NCBI GenBank assembly: GCA_002069885.1
Contig: MWCD01000001.1
Coordinates: forward strand, 2,770 to 66,769
DNA from: a bacterium ADurb.Bin236
Lineage (GTDB): Bacteria > UBP15 > UBA6099
Direction: 5' to 3'
Length of the DNA: 64,000 bases
Below the pieces are notes generated by a model that saw nothing but the letters and a program-made list of their open reading frames with translations, did not search any database and was not told the DNA's origin. This document shows positions 1 through 9,899 of this stretch, piece after piece. Every line of letters begins with the position of its first letter. Positions within the stretch are counted from its first letter, which is position 1. A program made the translations under genes and the position numbers.

Positions 1-116
1 TTTCTTATCGCCCGCGCTGCGCTTGGGCTTGTCGCATTTTTTTTGAGGAACATTGTTTGATAATGCATTATTGCCCTCCGATATGTCGATAGCGTTCTTG
101 ACTCGCCGTTTGCGCG

Positions 117-2225
117 CTATCTTTTATTGACAACAAATGTCTCGATCAACAGGAACCCGGCGGACAGGAACAGCAAAGGAAACCAGAGAGCGGCGCCTTT
201 GTCTGAGAATATGTCGCCGGGGAAGTTCGACCCTGAAAAACTTGAAGCGTGCAAAGATTTTGCCTTCCAGCTTTTGTATGTTTTTAACAAATCATCAAGA
301 GGCAGTGGGCGAGAGGCTTTGTAAAAATCGTCCGGATTGATTACGAACACGGCGAGGGCGAGGTCGTCATCAGGATGGAGCGCCTTATAGGAGCCGGGAG
401 GGAGAGGAGCGCCGCTCTCAGGAGAGTATATGCCGCCGCCTCGCTCTATTTCTGTGAATGTGAATTTGCCGCCGGATTCCAAATTCAAGACGGTAAGTTC
501 GGACGCGCCCGCGGCATCCGCTCTAATTCTCGCGCGACGTCCATAGATAAACTCATATTCGGAGGCCTGCGAAGAGTCGGTAAGATGTTTTGCGGCAAGG
601 AGAAGAATGGGAACGAACGCCGTTTTTAGAGGAAAGTTAGTCGAAGCCGGGGAGAGGTCTGTGGCAAAAAACACCGCGCCACCGCCGCCTTGCGCGGCTC
701 TTTCGACGATAAGCGGAGAACCGTCTGAAAAGGCCGCCGGAGAGGACGTTTCAGGATTGACCGCATCGACGGCGCAATGAGGATTGAAGCGGGTCTCTCT
801 GAAAGCTGCGAAGACGTTTCCGGACAGCGCGGAGAAAATGGGATGAGCGGAATCGACATCGCCGACAGTGAGAAAAGCGTTTTCGGAGCCGGAAGCGCCC
901 GCTCGTTCGGAGATTGAAATCGAATTTGAGAATAAAGCGCGAGCCACAGCTTGGTTGGCTGAGATTGATTTAGAAGACGTCAAGATAGCGCCGCCGCCTG
1001 AGGAAACGAAGTCCGCCAAAGCCGCGAGGCCTTTAGGATTCAAGCCGGAGGGGTCGAAAACGATGACGGCGTCGAAGTCGGACAGAGCGCGGGCGTCGAC
1101 TCCATCCGGGGAGAGCGTGGAAAGTTCGATAGAGCGCGCTCCGCCTCCCGCTCCTGTGGCCGCGCGAAGACCGCGAAAAAGATAGAATGCCCCGCTTTCA
1201 GGGTCCCTCATCGATTCTTTTGAAGCGACCAGAGCGAGCTTCATTTTTTCGCGGGCTGAGATTATGAACCTTTTAGAAATGTCGTCCGGAAGCCCGTCGC
1301 CTCGCGCCGCGATTCTGCCGGCGGCGTGTCCTGACTCGCCGAGAGTGACGGAGAAGCAACCAGCGGCGTCGCCGTCTTCGTCCATGAGAACGGATTGCTC
1401 GCCTCTTTTATCCGCGTCTATGAACATCTCGACGTTCAGGGCCGCGCCGGCCTGGGCGTCGCCTTTCAAGCGGTAACAGATTTCCATTTCCTCGCCGGGA
1501 GAGGGATAGAGAGGAGTTTCGATTTCGGCTATAGAAAGGTCGTTAACCTTCAGTCCCTGCGATAAATTGACAAAAATGATGTCAGGGTCGCTTTTTGCGG
1601 GATCAAGCGGCGGAGCGATAAAAACGTTTCTCCGCAAATCGGAGAGAACGACTATTTTTTTTTCTACAGAGCGAACATCTCTCATGGAGCGGACGGCTCG
1701 GTTGATAATAAGCCCCAAGTCAGGAGAGCAATAAGATGTCGACGATTTTCGTATCGAGTCGGAAAGGGCGGCTGGATCGCGGGGCAGGGGGCCGGACGGG
1801 GTTTCGCAGGCAAGTTCGAGGCTGACATCGTCTTCGCGGGACGAGACAGCGACAATCTTTTCAGCGGCCGCCTTGGCAAGCTCGAAGAGGGAGACGCCGT
1901 TGTGCTTTGCGTTCATGCCCGGAGAGTTGTCGAGAATTACATGGACGGTCGTAGAGGAAGCCGCGCCGGGGAGCGGGAGCGATAAGCCCCTGATGACGGG
2001 TTGAGAGGCGGCGGCGACGATAGAGGCGAGCGCGGCCATCCTCAACAGCATCACGAGCCATTGGCGAGGGGTGAGGGTCCGCATGCTTTTTCGGCTGGAG
2101 CCTGTCAGCAACATCAGAGCAGGGAACGGCAGACTCTTCAGGCGTCGCCTCATAAAAAGATGCAGAGCAAGCGGTATGGCCACGATGGCCAATCCGAACA
2201 AAAAGGCGGATTGAAGGAACGCCAT
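117..2225 (-). CDS. BatA-N-terminal / VWA-like membrane protein (702 aa)
   Basis: N-terminus MAFLQSAFLFGLAIVAIPLALHLFMRRR matches the aerotolerance-regulator N-terminal domain. A degenerate MIDAS-like VHVILDNSPGM segment follows. It ends 2 nt after the DUF58 gene stop, consistent with an operon. Confidence 0.6.
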   Translation of the reverse strand: MAFLQSAFLFGLAIVAIPLALHLFMRRRLKSLPFPALMLLTGSSRKSMRTLTPRQWLVMLLRMAALASIVAAASQPVIRGLSLPLPGAASSTTVHVILDNSPGMNAKHNGVSLFELAKAAAEKIVAVSSREDDVSLELACETPSGPLPRDPAALSDSIRKSSTSYCSPDLGLIINRAVRSMRDVRSVEKKIVVLSDLRRNVFIAPPLDPAKSDPDIIFVNLSQGLKVNDLSIAEIETPLYPSPGEEMEICYRLKGDAQAGAALNVEMFIDADKRGEQSVLMDEDGDAAGCFSVTLGESGHAAGRIAARGDGLPDDISKRFIISAREKMKLALVASKESMRDPESGAFYLFRGLRAATGAGGGARSIELSTLSPDGVDARALSDFDAVIVFDPSGLNPKGLAALADFVSSGGGAILTSSKSISANQAVARALFSNSISISERAGASGSENAFLTVGDVDSAHPIFSALSGNVFAAFRETRFNPHCAVDAVNPETSSPAAFSDGSPLIVERAAQGGGGAVFFATDLSPASTNFPLKTAFVPILLLAAKHLTDSSQASEYEFIYGRRARIRADAAGASELTVLNLESGGKFTFTEIERGGGIYSPESGAPLPPGSYKALHPDDDLALAVFVINPDDFYKASRPLPLDDLLKTYKSWKAKSLHASSFSGSNFPGDIFSDKGAALWFPLLFLSAGFLLIETFVVNKR

Positions 2226-2227
2226 TT

Positions 2228-3139
2228 CTACCGTCCCGCCCTTCTTCCTCTGGATTCGAGATATTTAAGGAGAGTTTCTTCCGGGGATGCCGAGGTGGGA
2301 GCGCTGACGTAGTCGATGTCCATCCTAGCGCAGAATTCTCGGTAACCTCGAGTGAATGACGAGAGAGCCTTGATGTATGCGGCCCTGACCGCCGAGGGGT
2401 CCGCCGATATGAATGCGCCGGATTCCGGATCAATGAATTTCGCGGCCTTTGCGAAAGGGAAATCAGTTTCTTCCGGAGAGAGTATGTGGAAGATTGTGGC
2501 GTCGTTGCCGCGCCCGCGAAGCGCTCTGAGGCTTTCCATTACAGGTTCGGGAGGCTCAAGAAGGTCGGAGAAGACGATGACGAAAGAGCGACGTTTGAGC
2601 AGGTCGGCGGAAGCGGCAAGCTCTGCGGCGAGCGAGGCGGCTCCGGCGGGCCGGGCGGCGGCGAGGATGGATATCAGCCTGTGCAACTGTCCGCGCGAGG
2701 CCCGATGCTCCGCGCGGGACACAGGCGCTTGCCCTCCGGCTAGCGACAGCCCTACGGCGTCCCCCTGTTTGAGCAAAAGATACGCGACTGACGACGCCAG
2801 AAGTGCGCAACGGTCCCATTTGTTTGAAGAGTCTCCGGCTCCGAAGTCCATAGAGGCGCTGGCGTCCGCGACGATGTGCGCTTGGATGTTGCGTTCTTCC
2901 TCGCGCAGCTTGATGAAATACTTTCCGCTTTTTGCGCGCGCTTTCCAGTCGATGTGCCGGATGTCGTCGCCCGGACTGTAAGGCCGGTGTTCGAGGAACT
3001 CGACGTTGAATCCTTTTGCGTTCGATCTGTGCATGCCGGCCAGAAGCCCGTCGGCGGCAGTCCGCGCCGTCAACTCCATGCGAGCGATTTTATCGATCAA
3101 CTCCGGGGATAGTGTTCTGTTTTTATCGCCATTCGGCAT
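2228..3139 (-). CDS. DUF58 family protein (MoxR-associated VWA-like), 303 aa
   Basis: GFNVEFLEHRPYSPGDDIRHIDWKA is the hallmark DUF58 N-terminal block. It sits upstream of the BatA-like gene, as in Bat operons. Confidence 0.7.
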   Translation of the reverse strand: MPNGDKNRTLSPELIDKIARMELTARTAADGLLAGMHRSNAKGFNVEFLEHRPYSPGDDIRHIDWKARAKSGKYFIKLREEERNIQAHIVADASASMDFGAGDSSNKWDRCALLASSVAYLLLKQGDAVGLSLAGGQAPVSRAEHRASRGQLHRLISILAAARPAGAASLAAELAASADLLKRRSFVIVFSDLLEPPEPVMESLRALRGRGNDATIFHILSPEETDFPFAKAAKFIDPESGAFISADPSAVRAAYIKALSSFTRGYREFCARMDIDYVSAPTSASPEETLLKYLESRGRRAGR

Positions 3140-3411
3140 TGTTCAGACTTGTCTCCAGTGTCCGCGGTCGGGCGCGGCGTATTTTGCGATTTAATAATAC
3201 GCCGCGCCTCTCAATCATTGTAATGGAACATATATGGCTCCTCAATAGCAAGCGGTCATTGGATGGAATAGAAGGTCATGAAATTTTGCAGAGCCGAGAT
3301 AAGTCAAAAGTAGAGTGAAAAAAGTATAATTCCATGAACGAAGTGTTTTTGAGTTGGATAAACAAAGACCGACGAAGGTTTTAGAAAATGTGATATTGCG
3401 CTTGCGCTGTT

Positions 3412-3627
3412 TCAGCCGACGTGTTCGCTAATGATTTCCCCGATGGATTCGCCGAATTCCTTGAGTCCTTCTTCGGGGATGAAAATGAAACTGCGTTTTT
3501 CGCCGTTGCTTTCAGTCACTTTCAGGAATTTGCCGTTGGGATTCTCTTTAAGGTCAAGAAAAAAGGCCTTGTTCCTTGTGATGATTTTCTTGCTGAAGAT
3601 TGTCGTCTCCTCCATCCTGCACCTCAC
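3412..3627 (-). CDS. small PUR-like/DUF3276-like hypothetical protein (71 aa)
   Basis: Compact ORF with a KFLKVTESNGEKRSFIFIPEEGLKEF pattern resembling bacterial PUR-alpha-like proteins. The call rests on motif resemblance only. Confidence 0.35.
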   Translation of the reverse strand: MRCRMEETTIFSKKIITRNKAFFLDLKENPNGKFLKVTESNGEKRSFIFIPEEGLKEFGESIGEIISEHVG

Positions 3628-3836
3628 TAGTAAAATTTCCCATAAAACGCCGCATACGCCACTATAAATAGAAATATAGCTAGTATATCGTAATGTGTCA
3701 ATTAAGAAATGCTAGTAAAAAAAGGAATATTTGTGTGATTTAAATCAATATTCAGGTGTCTGATTTGTCGTTTGAAATAACCACAACAACAATAATTATG
3801 GAAAACTTGTGATTATTAAAAGGCTTTTGAGACAAA

Positions 3837-4535
3837 TCAACCGGGTTGTTTTCGGGAGGTCGCGATGAATTCCTGACGGAGCTTGATAATGGAATCTGGA
3901 GGCACATAACCGCGAACAACAGAACATGGATAGATGAGGCAGCGTTTGCCGATAATCGCGCCGGGCATGGTGACAGAGTTGCAACCGAGTTCGGAACCGT
4001 CGCCAATTAAGGCTCCGAGCTTCCTTCTTCCGGTGGGTAGAGCGGAGCCGTCTGCTAAACTCACTGAGACGGAGCGTTCGCCAGTGTCGACTTTGAAATT
4101 TGCGAGCTTGGTTCCGGCGCCGAGGTTGACGTTTGAACCGAGAATGCTGTCGCCGACATAAGCGAAGTGGGAAGCTTTGGCGCCGTTGAGAAAGATGGAA
4201 TTTTTGACTTCGGTGGTGTGTCCGATGACCGAGCCGTCGCCCGCGATGACGTTGCCGCGAAGATAAGCGCCTTGACGTATTGCGCAATTTTCGCCGATGA
4301 GGGCGGGGCCGATAATCATAGCTCCGGGTTCTACGACGCTGCCGGCGCCGATGGATATCATGTCGCCTTCGAGCCATGCGCCGGGAGACACTTTTCCGAG
4401 GATTCGCGCAGTCCCCGCAGAAGCTATATATGAACCGATAGAGGATAGGGCATTCCACGGGGCTTCAATTTCTGAAAAAACGTCTTTGAACCTGAATCCG
4501 TCGAGGTCGAATAAATCGGTGATTTTCGTTGTCAT
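3837..4535 (-). CDS. hexapeptide-repeat (left-handed beta-helix) acetyltransferase, GlmU C-terminal-like
   Basis: LbH repeats ([LIV]GxxxxIxxxxx) and a segment SIFLNGAKASHFAYVGDSILGSNVNLGAGTKLANF close to the GlmU acetyltransferase core. ATG at 4533-4535 (MTTKITDLF) is chosen over the 99-aa upstream extension of the ORF track. Confidence 0.6.
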   Translation of the reverse strand: MTTKITDLFDLDGFRFKDVFSEIEAPWNALSSIGSYIASAGTARILGKVSPGAWLEGDMISIGAGSVVEPGAMIIGPALIGENCAIRQGAYLRGNVIAGDGSVIGHTTEVKNSIFLNGAKASHFAYVGDSILGSNVNLGAGTKLANFKVDTGERSVSVSLADGSALPTGRRKLGALIGDGSELGCNSVTMPGAIIGKRCLIYPCSVVRGYVPPDSIIKLRQEFIATSRKQPG

Positions 4536-4670
4536 CGGTTGCGGCCTTTCGTGTTTCGCGCTGATGGAGTGATGTCTCTCCGTTGCGCTCGTCAAATGAA
4601 AATTATAGCAGAACAGGCAGTATAGGGTTAAAAGAGAGGGAAAATTGGTCTTTAGCGGAATCAGCGGCGT

Positions 4671-4700
4671 TTGACACAGCAAGAGCGCGGAAAATATAAT
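4671..4700 (+). promoter_or_regulatory. sigma-70 consensus promoter TTGACA-N18-TATAAT upstream of the GH2 gene
   Basis: ttgaca at 4671-4676 and tataat at 4695-4700 are exact consensus hexamers with an 18-nt spacer. A GAGGA RBS and the ATG at 4805 follow about 100 nt downstream. Confidence 0.55.
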
Positions 4701-4804
4701 TGGCGCGGTCGGGAATTCATTGCGGCGGGTGGTTGAAGTTGAGGCGGATACCGACCCGGACGGCGGAGTAAAACAATAGCGAATCGAGGAGCCCGCGAGG
4801 AAAG

Positions 4805-7132
4805 ATGCGCGGAAGATTCGCCGGGAGAACACAGGATATGGCTAGAAAAGAGATATCGCTGGACGGAGACGAATGGCGGATCGGGCAGTGCATGCAGGGG
4901 CAGGGTATGGACGAGGTGTCGAGATGGCTGCCTGCGTTCGTTCCGGGAGACGTCAGGGCGGACCTGCTCAGGCACGGCCTCATAGAGGACCCGTTCATAG
5001 GCAAACAGAACGAGCTTTCGTTGTGGGTGGACGACTGGAACTGGTGGCACAGGCGTGAGATCGACGCCGCGCCGGGGCCGGGAAGGACGTTCGTGAGGTT
5101 CGACGGGATAGACTACAAATCGCACATCTTTTTCAACGGAAGGAAGATAAAGGAAAACGAGGGGATGTTCGCCCCCGTGGTGGTCGAGATATCGGAGATG
5201 TTGGCGAAGCGCAACTCTCTGGCGGTGAACATCGAGTACGCCGGACAGTTCACGGACAGGGAGAAAACGCTGAAATGCCAGATGGGTTTCGGCTGGGATT
5301 TCGCCCCGGCCATGAGGACCTGCGGGTTGTGGGACTCGGTGACGCTTATCCGAACCGGGGATGTTTTCATCCGCCAGTTGGACGTTGAGCCGATCAGGGT
5401 GACGGACGACTACTGGGAAGCGCAAGTAAGGATGACGCTGGATTCGAGGCGGGAGACCGCCATCACGGCGGAGTTCGCCGTCGAAGGGGCCAACTTCAAA
5501 TCCGAGACAAAAACCACCGAGCGCAAGATTCAGGCTTCGGCGGGAATCTCGGAGCATATCATATCGCTTCCGATGAAAGAGCCTGAATTGTGGCAGCCGT
5601 GGGAGGAAGGGAAACCTAATTTGTACAGGCTGACCGCGACTCTGCGCGGCGGCAAGTCGGGGCGCTCGGTTCTGGACGACACCGCCACAAGGTTCGGGAT
5701 GCGCTCCGTGACTCTTCTTCCCAACCAGAACAGGCCGGACGAGAGATGGACGTTCTCGATCAACGACGCGCGCAAATATATAAGGGGAGCCAACTGGGTT
5801 CCGTGCGACTCGATGCCGGGCAGGGCGGGCCGCGAACGTTATGAGAAGCTAATCAAGATGGCCCGTCAGGCAAACGTGAACATGCTGAGAGTGTGGGGCG
5901 GCGGGTTGCGTGAGAAGAAGGCCTTCTATGATTTGTGCGACGAACACGGAATCCTCGTGTGGCAGGAGTTCCCGCTATCCTGCGGAAGAAAGCCGTATCC
6001 CGCTGACGCGGCGTTCAGGAGGCTGCTAAGGAAAGAGGCGACGGGGATACTCGGCTCGCTGCACAATCATCCCAGCGTCGTTTATTACAGCGGGGGCAAC
6101 GAGATAAACCAGACGTTCAACAGGCGGCTGATAAGCATGATGGAGAAGCTTGTCAGGGAGCGGGGCGGGGGCAGGCCGTTCAGGGGCGGCTCTCCGGCGG
6201 TGGGCGAAAGCCACAACTGGAGGGTGTTCCACGGGCTTGCGAACGTCGCCGACTACAGGATGGAACAGTCCTCTTTCCTCAGCGAGTTCGGCATGCAGTC
6301 CGTCCCGGTCAGGGAATCGCTCGACGAGTTCATTCCGAGGGAGAGCCAGTGGCCGGTGGAGCCGAAGTTCCCTTACACTCTGAACGAGTTCCCGCTTAGC
6401 GGCAGGATGAGGGCGGAAGAGTACGACCCGATAAACAGGATGATACTGTCGAATTCCGTCAAAAGGCGGAACGCCGAACTGTGGGCGTACCACGACGCGC
6501 AATTGATGAAGATATTCAGGTACGCCAAGCAGATAGGTTTTTACGACTGCGAATCGTTCATAGACGCGACGCAGAGGATGCAGGCGCACGGGTTGCAGGT
6601 GGCGGTGGAGCACATGAGGCGAAGGAGGTTCGAGGCCGGAGGGGTGATGTTCTGGCAGTTGAACGAGCCGTGGCCGTCTGTCTGCTGGAGCGTGATCGAC
6701 TACTATCTGCGTCCGAAGCTGGCATATCAGAAATTGAAGGAGATATATTCGCCGCTGTTGTTTTCGATGGAGTATCCGCTGGGGCCGTACGAGGCGGACC
6801 AGACGCTGAGAGCGAGGGCTTTCCTGATAAACGACAGGCGGGTCGAGTATTCCGGGCTGGACATAACAGTTAGCGCGACCGGAAAGGGAGGCGTTGAGGT
6901 CGACCGGGTCGAGAGACATGTCGACAGAATGCCGGGGGACGGTATAATAGAAGTCGAACCGGTGGAACTGGCGTTGAGAGGCGAAGGCGGCTGGCGGATA
7001 GAATGCGCGGTGAGCCACGCGGGCAAAGCGTTGTCGCGCAACAGCTACGATTTGACGATTGTCGACCGGGAGGCCACGAAGAAGCTATTCATGGCGGGCG
7101 ACTGGATAATGCACAATATAATCTGGAAATGA
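4805..7132 (+). CDS. glycoside hydrolase family 2, beta-mannosidase-like (775 aa)
   Basis: GH2 sugar-binding N-terminus (DDWNWWHR, VRFDGIDYKSHIFFNG), an NVNMLRVWGGG block typical of beta-mannosidases, and GGNE in the catalytic region. Confidence 0.75.
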   Translation: MRGRFAGRTQDMARKEISLDGDEWRIGQCMQGQGMDEVSRWLPAFVPGDVRADLLRHGLIEDPFIGKQNELSLWVDDWNWWHRREIDAAPGPGRTFVRFDGIDYKSHIFFNGRKIKENEGMFAPVVVEISEMLAKRNSLAVNIEYAGQFTDREKTLKCQMGFGWDFAPAMRTCGLWDSVTLIRTGDVFIRQLDVEPIRVTDDYWEAQVRMTLDSRRETAITAEFAVEGANFKSETKTTERKIQASAGISEHIISLPMKEPELWQPWEEGKPNLYRLTATLRGGKSGRSVLDDTATRFGMRSVTLLPNQNRPDERWTFSINDARKYIRGANWVPCDSMPGRAGRERYEKLIKMARQANVNMLRVWGGGLREKKAFYDLCDEHGILVWQEFPLSCGRKPYPADAAFRRLLRKEATGILGSLHNHPSVVYYSGGNEINQTFNRRLISMMEKLVRERGGGRPFRGGSPAVGESHNWRVFHGLANVADYRMEQSSFLSEFGMQSVPVRESLDEFIPRESQWPVEPKFPYTLNEFPLSGRMRAEEYDPINRMILSNSVKRRNAELWAYHDAQLMKIFRYAKQIGFYDCESFIDATQRMQAHGLQVAVEHMRRRRFEAGGVMFWQLNEPWPSVCWSVIDYYLRPKLAYQKLKEIYSPLLFSMEYPLGPYEADQTLRARAFLINDRRVEYSGLDITVSATGKGGVEVDRVERHVDRMPGDGIIEVEPVELALRGEGGWRIECAVSHAGKALSRNSYDLTIVDREATKKLFMAGDWIMHNIIWK

Positions 7133-7142
7133 GGCGCGAAAG

Positions 7143-8207
7143 ATGAAAGGTCTTATATTGAGCGGCGGCAGAGGAACTAGGCTAAGGCCCTTGACTTACA
7201 CGAGGGCGAAGCAGCTTATCCCCGTCGCGAACAAACCGATTCTCTTCTACGGAATCGAGGCGATCGTCAAAGCCGGAATAAACGAGATAGGAATCATCGT
7301 CGGCGACACGAAAGAAGAGGTCAAAGCGGCGGCGGGGGACGGCTCCCGTTTCGGCTGCAAAATCACATACATCGAACAGGACGAGCCTCTGGGGCTGGCG
7401 CACGCGGTGATGGTCGCCGAACCTTTCCTAAAAGACGACCGCTTCGTCATGTATCTGGGCGACAACATCATCCGGGACGGCATAAACGAACTGGTCGGGC
7501 AGTTTATCGAGAACAAGCCGAATTCGCAGATACTTCTAGCCCGCGTTTCAAACCCGTCGCAGTTCGGCGTTGCGGAGCTGAACGGCAACCTGATAGTAAG
7601 GCTCGAGGAAAAACCAAAGAAACCGCGCTCGGACCTAGCTCTGGTGGGCGTTTACATGTTCGATTCCAACGTGTTCAAGGCCGTCCATTCGATTAAACCA
7701 TCATGGCGCGGCGAGCTTGAGATAACGGACGCGATATCGTGGCTCATAGAAAAGGGTTATGCGGTGGAGCCGTACATAATCAAAGGCTGGTGGAAAGACA
7801 CCGGCAAGCTGGAAGACCTGCTGGAGGCCAACCGCATCATTCTGGATATGATAGACTGCGAATGCAAGGTGAAACTGGAAGGCGGCTCGAGGCTTGAGGG
7901 GAAAGTGGCGGTGGAAGAGGGCGCGGTCATCGAGAACAGCGTGGTGAGAGGCCCGGCGGTGATAGGGGCCGGAGCGAATGTGTCGAACTCGTACATCGGG
8001 CCGTTCACGTCCGTCGGGCCGGGCGCGAAGGTCGTGAACAGCGAGATCGAGCACAGCATCCTGCTCGACGACAGCGAGGTGTCCGATATCGCGGGAAGAA
8101 TCACAGACAGTCTTATCGGGCGCGCGGCGAAAGTGACCCGCTCGGCGGGAACGCCCCGAGCTCTGAGTTTTATGTTGGGAGACCAGAGCGAAGCGACGCT
8201 CCTCTAG
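7143..8207 (+). CDS. sugar-1-phosphate nucleotidyltransferase with C-terminal LbH domain (RmlA/ST0452-like)
   Basis: MKGLILSGGRGTRLRPLTYTRAKQLIPV nucleotidyltransferase signature, followed by C-terminal hexapeptide repeats. Confidence 0.8.
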   Translation: MKGLILSGGRGTRLRPLTYTRAKQLIPVANKPILFYGIEAIVKAGINEIGIIVGDTKEEVKAAAGDGSRFGCKITYIEQDEPLGLAHAVMVAEPFLKDDRFVMYLGDNIIRDGINELVGQFIENKPNSQILLARVSNPSQFGVAELNGNLIVRLEEKPKKPRSDLALVGVYMFDSNVFKAVHSIKPSWRGELEITDAISWLIEKGYAVEPYIIKGWWKDTGKLEDLLEANRIILDMIDCECKVKLEGGSRLEGKVAVEEGAVIENSVVRGPAVIGAGANVSNSYIGPFTSVGPGAKVVNSEIEHSILLDDSEVSDIAGRITDSLIGRAAKVTRSAGTPRALSFMLGDQSEATLL

Positions 8208-8243
8208 TCCGAACGCCTGAAACCAAATAAAAGGGAGACGCCC

Positions 8244-9296
8244 ATGCCGGGAACAGCCACCCTGAACGAAATTGCCGAACAGTTCGACGTCTGGAAAGGG
8301 CTTGTCGACGACATCGACCTGCTGATAAAGGATGTGGAACTGAATTTTCAGGCGAAAGAATACGACGACGTGGTGTTCGTCGGGGCCGGGTCGTCATGGC
8401 ACGCCGCCACCGCCGCAGCGTCGTCTTTCCGGTCGGTGACCGGGGAGATGGCGTTTTCGCTGCCTTCTTCGGAAGTGTGCTATTTTCACAGGAACAACCT
8501 GAAAAAGGAAAGAAAATACATATTCGTTTTCATGTCGCGGTCCGGTCGGACGCCTGAGACCGAGCAGGCGCTTGACGTCGCGCGCAAGAATTACCGCGCG
8601 TCCACCGTGGCTATAAGCTGCGACCCCGCAAGCCCGTTATGCGCCGAATGCGACATGGCGTTCCCGGTGAAGAACTGCGTCGAGGAAAGCGTGACGATGA
8701 CCAAGTCGTTCACGTCAATGTTGATGGTGACGCACATGTTCGCGGCGGCTCTAGGAGAGAGGTACGCTTCGGTGAATCATCTGGAACAGTTGCCGCAAGA
8801 GGGCAGAGCGGCGTTCGAGATGCAACGAAGAGTGGCGGACAGGCTGCTGGATGAATGCCCGGTGGAGAGGACGACCGTGCTTGGCGGAGGGCCGTTCCTC
8901 GGAGTGGCCAGAGAGTGCGCGCTGAAGCTTGAGGAGATGGCGCTTGCGAGGACTGAAGCGATGCCGCCGATGGAATTTCTGCACGGCCCTCGCGCAGCGG
9001 CGGACGCGTCAAGTCTTATCGCTCTCATGATGTCGGACTCGGGCCGGGACGCTGAACTGAAAATCCTCAAAGCGGCAAAACGGCTGGGCGCCAAAACTCT
9101 GGTTATGTCTGACAGAAAAGAAAAGGATTTCGACGACTCTGCGGACTATGCGATACTGACAGGGCGCGGAATGCCCGAGCTTTACAGAGGCATGCTCTAC
9201 GCTCCGTTCATGCAGTATCTGGGAGCCAAGGCGGCGCTCGCAAAAGGGCTTGACCCGGACACACCCCCAAATATTTCGCGCGTGACTTCTCTATAG
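8244..9296 (+). CDS. double-SIS domain sugar isomerase/aminotransferase-like protein (AgaS/GlmS-C-like)
   Basis: VVFVGAGSSWHAATAA and FVFMSRSGRTPET SIS motifs, followed by a second SIS-like half. Confidence 0.65.
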   Translation: MPGTATLNEIAEQFDVWKGLVDDIDLLIKDVELNFQAKEYDDVVFVGAGSSWHAATAAASSFRSVTGEMAFSLPSSEVCYFHRNNLKKERKYIFVFMSRSGRTPETEQALDVARKNYRASTVAISCDPASPLCAECDMAFPVKNCVEESVTMTKSFTSMLMVTHMFAAALGERYASVNHLEQLPQEGRAAFEMQRRVADRLLDECPVERTTVLGGGPFLGVARECALKLEEMALARTEAMPPMEFLHGPRAAADASSLIALMMSDSGRDAELKILKAAKRLGAKTLVMSDRKEKDFDDSADYAILTGRGMPELYRGMLYAPFMQYLGAKAALAKGLDPDTPPNISRVTSL

Positions 9297-9323
9297 TTTT
9301 TTGCTGCTGGTGAATTATTTCAC

Positions 9324-9353
9324 TTGACATGTTTTAAGCTCGTTTGATATGAT
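9324..9353 (+). promoter_or_regulatory. sigma-70-like promoter TTGACA-N18-TATGAT upstream of the SCP2 gene
   Basis: ttgaca at 9324-9329 and tatgat at 9348-9353, with the gene start at 9424. Confidence 0.4.
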
Positions 9354-9423
9354 GATTTCGCTTTCGAAAATGATTTAAGATATCTGCCGCAAGCAACCAT
9401 TAAACTTAAAAGGGGTGTGAAAG

Positions 9424-9756
9424 ATGGCGGTCACATGCGCTGAAATCTTTGCAAGGATGCCGGAGCAGTTCGACGCTGAAGTGGCGGGCGACTGGGACGC
9501 CAAAGTGGCGTACAAGATTGAGGGAGAAGGCGGCGGGAACTGGGCGATGACAGTATCGAACGGCTCTTGCTCGGTCGCTCAGGGCGAAGTGGACGACGCA
9601 ACAGCGACGATAATCACCGACTGCGAAACATGGGTGGGTATAGCGGAAGGCTCTGTGGAGCCAACTACGGCGTTCATGACGGGCAAAATCAGGATCGAAG
9701 GCAATATGGCCGATGTGATGAAGGCTCAGAAGGTCATCAAAAGAGCGGACGCCTGA
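9424..9756 (+). CDS. SCP2 sterol-carrier-like domain protein (110 aa)
   Basis: AFMTGKIRIEGNMADVMKAQKV is the typical SCP2 C-terminal signature. Confidence 0.7.
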   Translation: MAVTCAEIFARMPEQFDAEVAGDWDAKVAYKIEGEGGGNWAMTVSNGSCSVAQGEVDDATATIITDCETWVGIAEGSVEPTTAFMTGKIRIEGNMADVMKAQKVIKRADA

Positions 9757-9850
9757 CGCGCGCCGCGCCGCGCGGCTGGAAAGGTCAGCCGTTGCTTAGC
9801 CGTCCGGCGTTGTTTTTATGCAAGCCGTTTTTGAAGAGCTGAAAATTATC

Positions 9851-9880
9851 TTGTACAATCGTCTTTCGCGGATATATAAT
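9851..9880 (+). promoter_or_regulatory. sigma-70-like promoter TTGTAC-N18-TATAAT upstream of the receiver gene
   Basis: ttgtac at 9851-9856 and tataat at 9875-9880. Confidence 0.4.
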
Positions 9881-9899
9881 TAAGCATATTCAGTTCCGG

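Noticed and set aside
3140-3411. Expected MoxR AAA+ ATPase gene upstream of DUF58
   Set aside because: Only short spurious ORFs are present, so MoxR is not in this window.
3837-4832. 331-aa version of the LbH acetyltransferase ORF (start at 4832)
   Set aside because: The first 99 codons are low-complexity with no start context. The conserved protein begins at MTTKITDLF (ATG 4533-4535). Likewise the 483-aa version of the hydrolase (start 53825), the 19284 start of cheA, the 21893 start of cheW and the 25257 start of cheR are upstream-extension artefacts.
6026-7018. 330-aa ORF antisense to the GH2 gene, with similar long antisense ORFs at 4661-5557, 19707-20591, 37161-37904, 39715-40599, 47621-48481, 49867-50703, 57373-58689 and 61351-62445
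   Set aside because: All lie entirely inside well-supported genes on the opposite strand. They have Arg/Pro/Gly-rich low-complexity translations and no recognisable motifs. This is the typical stop-codon-poor antisense frame of high-GC coding DNA.
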